From Escherichia phage vB_EcoM_ESCO25: 64,000 bases of DNA. How positions within the stretch are numbered: position 1 is the stretch's first letter; each line of letters opens with the position of its first letter. Below the pieces are notes generated by a model. The model did not search any database and was not told the DNA's origin. It saw only the letters and a list, made by a program, of their open reading frames with translations. Of this stretch, positions 11,901-19,469 are shown piece by piece. The DNA is taken from the sequence record OM386656.1, one strand, 5' to 3'. The position numbers and the translations under genes were made by a program.

Positions 11901-12035
11901 ATTGCAGATCCAATTGTAACGCCTACGAGTGCTGGAGTTAGAATCAAAACCATACCTAACGATTCTAGTAATGTTTCTGTAGGTAATACTGCGGTTATTC
12001 GCCCAACACCAGTGGTAGATGTGCCAACAACCTAA
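8982..12035 (+). CDS. tail spike protein with parallel beta-helix (pectate-lyase-like) repeats
   Basis: 1017-aa ORF; repeated N-I-x-I-x-N rungs (NITIRNVFAKRC, NISIENIHGD); followed by hairpin terminator. Confidence 0.65.
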   Translation: MATFPTYPATSLEQGVDLVIFSSNQLHDVINGSATESIETESGLIPTLRKALVDNFFFKSPLDWAQGTNETVFNQLRYFQNGVLSGYYYAPNATLVNPIPMQGTPVGDNNWVLWGLKTEQLATEVTPWVYSGATGYETVISPPYIFDSAIVTINGVIQVLGEAFRIEDSKIILSEPLGHDPATGLPNKLFAYIGKIVASADTDPNLENRLVSLETKTEELTESMDKVPLQTIARKYGLLDDEVAYATAGQSLTGIKALYDPVAQSSYTLPPNITGTLTSLSVSGVMTYSGGSVDLSALAVERGQFVHLPTSFGNNVTLTAKNQTIGRGAGRYRWAGSLPKSILASDTLETSGGLGPNAWVLTNTEGLLTPRGGTYNDLFDVVHLSEFANNTTTYTTPEAAFQAALLAAKASKSKILDAYGCDMTFTTSSFDIQDITLRGGVFRGQRDYRVQNATVEGTTFRNSRVMYWGGAVRMFDCLWDGAPRAGQVGSLVFQGNPISGTFEIDNCTFKNGLYGILQQGTGEPVTRGVFRNLTFMDMQGDAIELNVINKHYDDGCVIENIYLSNIDGTNAPIPLSNWGIGIGVAGKGPYGYGIPDDQYCKNITIRNVFAKRCRQIVHVEVGRNISIENIHGDPDQTVSVGTGLATGAVVMYGSKDFTIDGVYGEPKTDGSTLASNIRMIYLEWGTNAVLDEEGNPVVPAQGRPSNPCFNYSVRNIHTKTGRVFAGVSAGPGYENRVSFENIRCAALQLFGVASWLSMSNITCNIFDCVGQPESGPGTFYDGFFRREKSVLEMVNVNCYPDGKTMVTGRPQWSRCRYSDIHRVNCNVEANMYTNIAGGIGAIVGTTGKVYYLEPNPSRNIDGMHFPTGKEFDKGDMIVKADNTFFLVTTSGAYIPDIPAFGIRATQAGDTFLTQNLTPNGTATNASWLYHYPLSAGTRIRIPGAGVGGADLDTVITRAPYQDNDTWTNPVKIDIADPIVTPTSAGVRIKTIPNDSSNVSVGNTAVIRPTPVVDVPTT

Positions 12036-12044
12036 TGGAAATAG

Positions 12045-12070
12045 AGAGGGGGAATCCCCCTCTTCTTCCA
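12045..12070 (+). terminator. hairpin terminator after tail spike gene
   Basis: AGAGGGGG-AAT-CCCCCTCT stem-loop followed by TCTTCC. Confidence 0.5.
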
Positions 12071-12099
12071 ATAGAATGGTCTAATAATAGGAGAGATAA

Positions 12100-14124
12100 A
12101 TGAATTTAACAAGACCTAATAGTGCGATAGCCGATCTAGTAGAAGCTACTTATCGAAAACGTCGCAGTTTTGAGGCAGGTTTTACATTACGTAATTCCCG
12201 TGAAGTTTTGCTGTTAGCGGCAGAAGGGAATTATTACCAATGGAAAGGAACTTTTCCTAAAGTAGTTCCAGCAAACTCTACGCCAGCCACCACAGGTGGT
12301 ATTTCTTCCCTTGCATGGCAAAGTGTTGGGACCGCTGATGATATAGCAATTATCAATGCCAAGTTTACGGCAATGCAGCAACAGATTGATGATCTGTCGG
12401 AAACAATACCTGAAGCTGGTAAATCGGCTTATCAGATCGCACTTGATAATGGTTTTGTTGGAACAGAAGCACAATGGCTTGCTTCTTTGAAAGGGGATAC
12501 TGGTGCTCAACTTAATATTAAAGGGTCATTAGCAAGCACTAGTGAACTACCATCTACAGGTAACGTTGCAGGGGATGGTTATATCGTAGGTGATGTAATC
12601 TACGCTTGGGATGGTTCTGTTTGGAAACTTATTTCTTCTCTTGGGCCAGAAGGTAAATCAGCTTACGAGGTATGGTTGGCAGATGGTAATACAGGATCTG
12701 TTTATGATTTTCTTACCTCTATAAAAGGTGATAAAGGCGATGTTGGTCCTACAGGGCCACAGGGAGCACCTGGTGTTAACGCCAACGGTTTTGATTATCG
12801 TGGAGATTTGCCTTCTACAAGTAACTTACCACAACCTAACTCTGAAAACGTAAGCCAAGCTTATTCTATCAATGGTAATCTTTATGTCTCTAATGGGACA
12901 GCTTGGGTCAACATGGGTAATATTGTTGGTCCTCAAGGTCCACAAGGTGAGGCAGGTAAAGACGGTCTAGATGGAACAGATGGAGATGAAGGGAAATCTG
13001 CATATCAAAGTTGGCTGGATGCTGGTAATGAAGGGACAGAAGTAGATTTTATTGCCTCGCTTAAAGGTCCAAAAGGAGACAAGGGTGATCAAGGAGAGCA
13101 AGGTCCACAAGGTGAATTAGGTCCACAAGGACCAGTAGGTGCAACAGGATCAGGCTTAGAGATTATCGGGGTTCTGAACAGCGAAGCTGAACTTCCTCCG
13201 ACTGGAGAAGTAGGTGACGCATATAAAATTAATAATGATTTATATGTTTGGGTCCAAGATGCTACGGAATGGATGAATGTTGGCAGTCTTGGAGGAACAT
13301 CAATTACAGCTAAAGGTCATGTTCCGAACAGTGAAGCTCTCCCTGTTTACAATAACTATGGTGATGCTTACTTAACTGAAGACACTAGTAATCTTTACAT
13401 CTATACCTACGATCAAGGCACCAATTCCGCATCTTTTGTTGACATGGGAAGTATTAAAGGCGACAAAGGTGAAAAAGGGGATAAAGGAGATAAGGGTGAT
13501 CCTGGAACAAACGGAACCAACGGTACTGATGGGACCAACGGTAAGGACGGCGCACAGTGGTTTGTAGCAACAACTAATCCAGTCGCAGGAGACGGTGTTA
13601 TCAATGATTACGCCTTCAATACTACCACTGGAGCAGTGTTTAAGAAAACAGATTCTTCTACGTGGACGCTTATAGGAACTCTTCCTAGTATACCAGAAGC
13701 CCCTCAAGACGGCTTGACGTATGGTAGGTCTGATGGAAACTGGATCGAAATATCAGGATCAGATCCTACGGAAGCTATAATACCAACTAGAGTTACAGCA
13801 GGTTTCATGGAACTTGAAACAACTACTGCCAACTCTGGAGCATCTTGGACTCCTTCTGGAACTTCCAATATGTATGTTGTTACAGTAACTGACGCTCTGA
13901 CAGTTGGAGCATGGCCTGGTGTCACTGGCTCTACAAAACCTAAAGCGTTTTCAGCAATGATTTATTTGATTCAAGATACAACGGGACACACGGTTACACT
14001 AGATGCGTCTTATGGAGCACTAAATGATACAGAAATAGCAACTACTGCTAACGCAGTAACAATTTTGCAATTAACGTATCCTGGTGTGGGTGATATCGTG
14101 GACATGGTTGTTGTAACACGATAA
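12100..14124 (+). CDS. collagen-like tail fibre protein
   Basis: 674-aa ORF, SD TAGGAGAG; several Gly-X-Y tracts (GDKGDQGEQGPQGELGPQGPVGATG) separated by three copies of a GKSAY..WL..G..G...DF..S.KG repeat. Confidence 0.8.
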   Translation: MNLTRPNSAIADLVEATYRKRRSFEAGFTLRNSREVLLLAAEGNYYQWKGTFPKVVPANSTPATTGGISSLAWQSVGTADDIAIINAKFTAMQQQIDDLSETIPEAGKSAYQIALDNGFVGTEAQWLASLKGDTGAQLNIKGSLASTSELPSTGNVAGDGYIVGDVIYAWDGSVWKLISSLGPEGKSAYEVWLADGNTGSVYDFLTSIKGDKGDVGPTGPQGAPGVNANGFDYRGDLPSTSNLPQPNSENVSQAYSINGNLYVSNGTAWVNMGNIVGPQGPQGEAGKDGLDGTDGDEGKSAYQSWLDAGNEGTEVDFIASLKGPKGDKGDQGEQGPQGELGPQGPVGATGSGLEIIGVLNSEAELPPTGEVGDAYKINNDLYVWVQDATEWMNVGSLGGTSITAKGHVPNSEALPVYNNYGDAYLTEDTSNLYIYTYDQGTNSASFVDMGSIKGDKGEKGDKGDKGDPGTNGTNGTDGTNGKDGAQWFVATTNPVAGDGVINDYAFNTTTGAVFKKTDSSTWTLIGTLPSIPEAPQDGLTYGRSDGNWIEISGSDPTEAIIPTRVTAGFMELETTTANSGASWTPSGTSNMYVVTVTDALTVGAWPGVTGSTKPKAFSAMIYLIQDTTGHTVTLDASYGALNDTEIATTANAVTILQLTYPGVGDIVDMVVVTR

Positions 14125-14127
14125 CAG

Positions 14128-14152
14128 AAGCCCCGAAAGGGGCTTTCTTTTT
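14128..14152 (+). terminator. rho-independent terminator after collagen-like fibre gene
   Basis: AGCCCC-GAAA-GGGGCT stem with GNRA loop then TTTCTTTTT. Confidence 0.75.
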
Positions 14153-14165
14153 ATGGAGGGTTTAA

Positions 14166-16841
14166 ATGTTTCCAATTCCAATATTTACTATTATGACCAG
14201 CACTGGTGTCGTTCCTCTGCCAGCAGGTATTGTTAAAAAAGTAATCACTTTAGATTACCCAGATAATGCTGGTAATTCTAATAGCAGTTTAGCAATTTTG
14301 CTTAATGATGGTAGATTGTTTACTCAAGGCGCAAACCTTTTTGGTGAGATTGCAGATGGAACTCGTAGTGCACGATTCAATAATTTCCACTTAGCTTCTA
14401 CTGTAGTAGCGGATGTGTTTACCGCAGATCGTTGTTTTGTTATTAAAACTAACAGTGGAGGATGGCAATATTCAGGATTGACAGCAGGATTGGTAGGATC
14501 TATAGCAGCAGGTGGTACGGACGCATGTGTAACTACTTGGACCAGCTTTCCATCTGTAATAACAGGGACTATCTCTTTAGCTAATCTTAAAGAGGTTAAG
14601 GGAGGATATAACAATACTCTCTGGTTAATGAATAGTGGTGTTCTTTATGGATCAGGTCAAAACACAGTAGGTAGTTTAGGTGCAAGTACTACTAACGAAG
14701 TTTCTACTCCTCGTCAGATAACAAGTGCAGCAGTTGCTTTTGATGCAGGTTACAACCAATGTTCTTATGTCAACAATGTGGGAACCTTGCGTGTTTGTGG
14801 AGCCAGTAAAGGTTTAGCAGGTAATAATAACACAACAACAGCTTTTGTCAATGCCAAGATATCCGCTACTGAAACAGTGTATGTCAAAGATTACATCAAT
14901 ACAGTTTCCCAGACAATAGTTGTAGGAGATACCTCCGGTGGCACGGGTACAGTAAACTACTTATATGTTAGATCTAATACAGAAACAACCTACACTAAAC
15001 TGGATACCTTTGCAGCAGGTTTCTCAATATGGAAGTTTCCACCAAGCCGCCACTCTTTTTTCGTTGGGATCAATAATTCCTTGTGGGCTATTGGTAAGAA
15101 CTACACTGCAAACTTAGGTTTGGGGTATGATTCTGCGAGCGGAGATCCACTCCAAGTGGGAAAACCAGTTAAACCTGAAGGAGTGGGTTCTTGGGATATA
15201 AACAAGCTCACAAGCGTTCATACGCTGAATATGGATGTTACTAACCAATTAGGTTATCAAGGAACCTTTTTCGTTTATAATGGAGATATGTATTATTCCG
15301 GTATTTGGAAAGATGGGAAAGCCTCGTATCTGTTCAATAGTGGTCTAAACTATAATAAATTCACACCAATAGCAAGCTCCGTGATTACGGGCGATATTCT
15401 GGCAACTGGCTTAACTACAGATTCTTTAGGAGTTTGTATTGTAGGTGGAACTAAACAGTTGACACATTCTGTTAGCCCAGAAGGAGGTAAACTTTTCAAT
15501 ATTAAATACACTTCTTCTGCCCCTGCAAACATGACAATATCATCTACTGGTTTAATGACTTTCCATGCAGAAGGTGGTTTTGATGCAGGTATGACAGCCT
15601 TAAACGCTGAAGGAACAACTTTATCAGATACCTCTGGAGGATATGCTTCAACATTGAGCGTTTACACCCCTAGCTTATCTGCGATGGATGTAGGAACAAC
15701 ACAAACAATGGTAGCAGAAATAACGCCAACAGGAGCAGCAAGCTTACCTGGTATGGTTGTTGAGTATTTCTCTAATGACCCTACGGTAGCAACAGTTGAC
15801 CCCGTTACAGGCGTTATTACAGCGGTCGCTGATGGGGATTGTCGTATCGGTTGTAGAGCAACTTATCAAGGTGTGGTAACTGCCGAAGATAGTTCTTATC
15901 TCGCAGTGAATGCTGTGGTGATTGTGATGGACTATGATTTGACGCAAGAAACTATTCCGGCGGATGTAAAGGTCAACAGGAGTAACCGTTATGCCAGGGC
16001 TTCTGGAGATATCCTTGTACCTACAGAGAGTTCTGCTCCCGTAGCACCTTTAGAATATGTTGGTACAACTCCACAAGGTAGACGTGTTGTAGCAGCCAAC
16101 CGTACACATATCTTTATCAACAATAACTTGACAACAGCTTCCCCGTGGTTGAAGACGAACTTGACAGTCACAGCATCAACAATCAACTCTCCGGTTGGAA
16201 CTACGGCTAACACTTACAAGTTAACACCTTCTACAACTTCAGGACAACATATTTTATCAGCAGTGAATACAGCTTCTGATATTACAGCAGGTAAGCACTG
16301 GGCGGCATCCGTATTCTTGAAGCCAGATGGGATCACTAAAGTGAAACTCAAATTGACTTCAGGAGATGAGATTAACGAAGGGACTTATGATCTTGTAGCT
16401 GGAACATTTACAGGTGCAGATGCAAACATAATCGATATGGGGAATGGTTGGTATCGTGTAATTCTACACAAAGTGACAGTTGCCAAACAAGCATCTATAA
16501 CCTATGAGATTATAGCTTTGAATGCAAGTGGATCAGACACTTTCGCAGGAGATGGTACGGCAGGTCTTATTGCTTGGGTTCCACAGCTTGAGATGGGTGA
16601 TATGACAAATCCAGTTTGGGCGGGGACACCATTTGTTTGTTCTTATGCACGAGACACTACCAGTGCTGTTACCTTCACTATTCCTAAGAATGGACATACT
16701 GGCGTGGACATTTACCACACTGATGGTACTGTGCAACGAGAGGTCTTCACTGGTACAGCTACAACTTGGATGTTGACGTTCACCGCCGCAAGTGCGGATT
16801 GGGGATCGAAGTTCATTACAGGTTTGAAATATTACGACTAA
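14166..16841 (+). CDS. tail fibre protein with bacterial Ig-like (Big_2-type) domain
   Basis: 891-aa ORF after terminator and SD GGAGGG; segment ITPTGAASLPGMVVEYFSNDPTVATVDPVTGVITAVADGDCRI resembles Big_2 domain. Confidence 0.6.
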   Translation: MFPIPIFTIMTSTGVVPLPAGIVKKVITLDYPDNAGNSNSSLAILLNDGRLFTQGANLFGEIADGTRSARFNNFHLASTVVADVFTADRCFVIKTNSGGWQYSGLTAGLVGSIAAGGTDACVTTWTSFPSVITGTISLANLKEVKGGYNNTLWLMNSGVLYGSGQNTVGSLGASTTNEVSTPRQITSAAVAFDAGYNQCSYVNNVGTLRVCGASKGLAGNNNTTTAFVNAKISATETVYVKDYINTVSQTIVVGDTSGGTGTVNYLYVRSNTETTYTKLDTFAAGFSIWKFPPSRHSFFVGINNSLWAIGKNYTANLGLGYDSASGDPLQVGKPVKPEGVGSWDINKLTSVHTLNMDVTNQLGYQGTFFVYNGDMYYSGIWKDGKASYLFNSGLNYNKFTPIASSVITGDILATGLTTDSLGVCIVGGTKQLTHSVSPEGGKLFNIKYTSSAPANMTISSTGLMTFHAEGGFDAGMTALNAEGTTLSDTSGGYASTLSVYTPSLSAMDVGTTQTMVAEITPTGAASLPGMVVEYFSNDPTVATVDPVTGVITAVADGDCRIGCRATYQGVVTAEDSSYLAVNAVVIVMDYDLTQETIPADVKVNRSNRYARASGDILVPTESSAPVAPLEYVGTTPQGRRVVAANRTHIFINNNLTTASPWLKTNLTVTASTINSPVGTTANTYKLTPSTTSGQHILSAVNTASDITAGKHWAASVFLKPDGITKVKLKLTSGDEINEGTYDLVAGTFTGADANIIDMGNGWYRVILHKVTVAKQASITYEIIALNASGSDTFAGDGTAGLIAWVPQLEMGDMTNPVWAGTPFVCSYARDTTSAVTFTIPKNGHTGVDIYHTDGTVQREVFTGTATTWMLTFTAASADWGSKFITGLKYYD

Positions 16842-16842
16842 T

Positions 16843-16878
16843 AAAAAAGGGAACCCGTAAAGGTTCCCTTTTCTTTTA
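16843..16878. terminator. bidirectional terminator between convergent tail and replication blocks
   Basis: A6 GGGAACC-CGTAAA-GGTTCCC then TTTTCTTTT; between + gene ending 16841 and - gene ending 16906. Confidence 0.75.
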
Positions 16879-16905
16879 TAAAAAACTCTTTATAAATCAA
16901 TAAGA

Positions 16906-17793
16906 TCAGAATGGAATATCATCGTCGAAGTCCATTGGAGGTTCTTCTTGATTACTTGGAGTTGGTTCTGGTTGTGGTTCAGGCTTTTTAACTTCTTTCT
17001 TCTCTTCTTTCTTAGGTTGTTCTGCGGAACCACGAATGGCAGCAGCAACTTTATCAGACAAAGCTAGAACTTTACGAGCAGAGTCAATCAGATCTTCTAC
17101 AGATACAGTCTTAATGGTATGGTCTTTACAAGCATTGAGAATAGCGTGACCAACAGATGCCCCAAGATCATAATCATTAATATCAACGCCACGAGATTCA
17201 GCAATTTCAGATTTCAGCGTGACAGTTGCAGATTGAACAACCCCAGCGATATCGAAAGCATCGCCTTTAACACCATTACGAATCAGTTCCAGTGCACCAT
17301 TTACTGCGTGACCAGTTTCCAGACCTACAGTATCACGTTTTTTATAGGACTGCTTAGGGGCAGCATCGTTGGAACCTTTATTGCCAGAAGATTTGTTAGA
17401 CTTCTGAACACCATCGGTAGACAATACTGTAATACGAGATTTTTTAGTATTGTAGTAAGTTTTACCGCCTTTATTATCAACGCGATCAATATCAATACTT
17501 ACTTCTACACCTTTTTCAATAGTGATCCAATTATCACCTTCTTTGACTTGCAGGTTTTCATAACCTTCTTTCAGTTCAATGTCACCAAGAGAAATCCAAA
17601 CACCTTTCTCATCTGGTTTAGCACCTTTCTCTTTCAGAACAAGAGAGGCTCGGTGAGTTGAAACAATCGTTTTTCCTTCCCAATGAAAAGTTTTAGGTTC
17701 AGCGAATTTATCCAGTTTGACGTAGTCTACGATACCAGTTGCATAAGTTACGGTTTTGCCTTTACGATCAGTTTCAGTATTAATTACGGACAT
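16906..17793 (-). CDS. ssb: single-stranded DNA-binding protein with host-SSB-like acidic C-terminal tail
   Basis: 295-aa ORF ending EEPPMDFDDDIPF, near-identical to E. coli SSB tail tip; body not canonical OB-fold by eye. Confidence 0.65.
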   Translation of the reverse strand: MSVINTETDRKGKTVTYATGIVDYVKLDKFAEPKTFHWEGKTIVSTHRASLVLKEKGAKPDEKGVWISLGDIELKEGYENLQVKEGDNWITIEKGVEVSIDIDRVDNKGGKTYYNTKKSRITVLSTDGVQKSNKSSGNKGSNDAAPKQSYKKRDTVGLETGHAVNGALELIRNGVKGDAFDIAGVVQSATVTLKSEIAESRGVDINDYDLGASVGHAILNACKDHTIKTVSVEDLIDSARKVLALSDKVAAAIRGSAEQPKKEEKKEVKKPEPQPEPTPSNQEEPPMDFDDDIPF

Positions 17794-17809
17794 TATTATC
17801 TCCTCTACA

Positions 17810-18202
17810 TTACATTAATTTTGCACAGAAAGAGCGGAGTCTTTCCATATCATCTTGCTCTAACAGGTATTTACCTTTACCTATTCCAACTCCAATTTCA
17901 CCATTAGGAAAATGAACTATTTGCACTGGGAAACCTCCGAGTTTAATTGTGGCAGCTTTGCCTTCTTCGTCTATAACGTTTCGGATTGTATCTTGCAGTG
18001 AAATGAATTCTTTGTTTGTAACAGTGGTTTCAATTATTTCAGATGTTTCGACACGAGCAGTTAGCTTCTTGTTTCCACCTTGAATAACCAAAATTTGAAA
18101 ATAAAAAGAGTTGTCAAGACCTACAACATTTTTCTCAACTAGTGTCAAACTGGTATAGTTTCCATAAACAGTTTCAACAGCTATCTTAGAACGTTCAGTC
18201 AT
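17810..18202 (-). CDS. hypothetical protein
   Basis: 130-aa ORF in replication gene block. Confidence 0.5.
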   Translation of the reverse strand: MTERSKIAVETVYGNYTSLTLVEKNVVGLDNSFYFQILVIQGGNKKLTARVETSEIIETTVTNKEFISLQDTIRNVIDEEGKAATIKLGGFPVQIVHFPNGEIGVGIGKGKYLLEQDDMERLRSFCAKLM

Positions 18203-18247
18203 TGAATGCTATCCTATCATAAAATGTTTAATATTGTCAAGCTTTAA

Positions 18248-18841
18248 TTACCAAGGAATATCATCTTCTTCCAATCTGGTATCTACTTGAGGTGGACGTG
18301 GAACCTTAACCTCTTTCACAAAACGAAGATATGGGAAACGTGTAGCAATTTTAATAACATGTTTGGCATCTTCTCTAACATCTTTGTGCAAGAAGCAGAT
18401 CCCTGTTTCCAAGGTTGTTTCAAAATCTTTAGAATAATAACAGTCCTTCCCATCAAATGCAGCCTGGCAGATGGACAGATCGAACTCATTTAGAAAGGTT
18501 GTCATTACGCTTGGTTCCATAATCATAAGGTTGCAAAGCTGACCATCACGTTCAAACTCAAAAACGTGTTTAAGACCAGTAACACCTTCATAATTGTCAG
18601 AAGCCTCTTTGTTTCCTAGTTTACGAATATTGGTTCCCATTAAAGCAGATGCAATTAATCCTTGTATTTGTTCTTCAGTCCGATGTGCAGGAAGGGATGT
18701 ATAGAAATCCAGATCACGTCCAGCAATATCAAGAATACGCCAATCACGAACAGCACCGCCAGCCAAGACAGAATTAGGATCAGCGATCTTTAATACGGTA
18801 AGAATTTCTTTGGCAATATTGATTTGTTTTGATTTAGTCAT
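18248..18841 (-). CDS. hypothetical protein with SSB-tail-like C-terminus (EEDDIPW)
   Basis: 197-aa ORF; C-terminal LEEDDIPW resembles SSB tail motif. Confidence 0.5.
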   Translation of the reverse strand: MTKSKQINIAKEILTVLKIADPNSVLAGGAVRDWRILDIAGRDLDFYTSLPAHRTEEQIQGLIASALMGTNIRKLGNKEASDNYEGVTGLKHVFEFERDGQLCNLMIMEPSVMTTFLNEFDLSICQAAFDGKDCYYSKDFETTLETGICFLHKDVREDAKHVIKIATRFPYLRFVKEVKVPRPPQVDTRLEEDDIPW

Positions 18842-19052
18842 TGATACGCTCCACAGTTACTTTTACAACATCGTCCATATTAATCTCATCCCCCAAGACC
18901 TCAATAACACCTTCCTCATAAAGTCGAGCACATTCTTCCCACACTTCAGCTTCCGTCATTCCACCTGCAATCTTATTTGCAAGACCTTTAATAACATCTT
19001 CATTTTGTTCATCAACAAGAATTGAAACATTAAAGCTCACTAATTTACGCAT
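18834..19052 (-). CDS. hypothetical protein
   Basis: 72-aa ORF, SD GGAGAAAACA before ATG. Confidence 0.5.
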   Translation of the reverse strand: MRKLVSFNVSILVDEQNEDVIKGLANKIAGGMTEAEVWEECARLYEEGVIEVLGDEINMDDVVKVTVERIND

Positions 19053-19062
19053 TGTTTTCTCC

Positions 19063-19215
19063 TTATACTTCTAAACGGAAAGTTTCTTTAGATACAAAAT
19101 CGTATCCACCTTTTTCAAGCCAGTCATTGTAAACCTCATCGGCTTGAGACTCTATCATAAAATACCGAGTGGTAACTTCGTCTCCGACAATACGCACAAT
19201 TTTATAGCAAATCAT
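19063..19215 (-). CDS. small hypothetical protein (50 aa)
   Basis: ORF below track cutoff, fills gap between flanking genes; no strong SD. Confidence 0.3.
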   Translation of the reverse strand: MICYKIVRIVGDEVTTRYFMIESQADEVYNDWLEKGGYDFVSKETFRLEV

Positions 19216-19229
19216 GATACCATTTCCCA

Positions 19230-19421
19230 TTAATCTTCCTCCAGATCAATTTCATTATAACAATGTATGCAGAAACCATCATTGTGCATATGTTGTTCAT
19301 AGGACATATCTTTACCACAAGACCAACAACGGATATCCCCATCGTTCCATTCACGTTCTTCTTCACCTTCAAATTCATCTGGTAGGTAAGGCATACCAAG
19401 ACAATCTAAATCGTAATGCAT
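19230..19421 (-). CDS. small acidic zinc-ribbon protein
   Basis: 63-aa ORF with CWSCG...CIHC pairs; strong SD GGAGGAGG before ATG. Confidence 0.55.
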   Translation of the reverse strand: MHYDLDCLGMPYLPDEFEGEEEREWNDGDIRCWSCGKDMSYEQHMHNDGFCIHCYNEIDLEED

Positions 19422-19434
19422 ACCTCCTCCTATA

Positions 19435-19452
19435 AAGGGGCAGAAGCCCCTT
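19435..19452 (-). promoter_or_regulatory. stable hairpin between DNA polymerase and downstream small genes (attenuator/processing site?)
   Basis: AGGGGC-AGAA-GCCCCT stem-loop; only a short U-run follows on - strand. Confidence 0.35.
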
Positions 19453-19469
19453 ATAAAACAATGAGTTAA

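Noticed and set aside
17119-17661. 180-aa + strand ORF inside the SSB gene region
   Set aside because: Antisense to a well-supported - strand gene; low-complexity hydrophobic translation, no SD
18203-18247. Promoter upstream of ORF 17810..18202 (TTGACA on - strand)
   Set aside because: No -10-like hexamer at 16-18 nt spacing (best candidate TATGAT sits at 13 nt)
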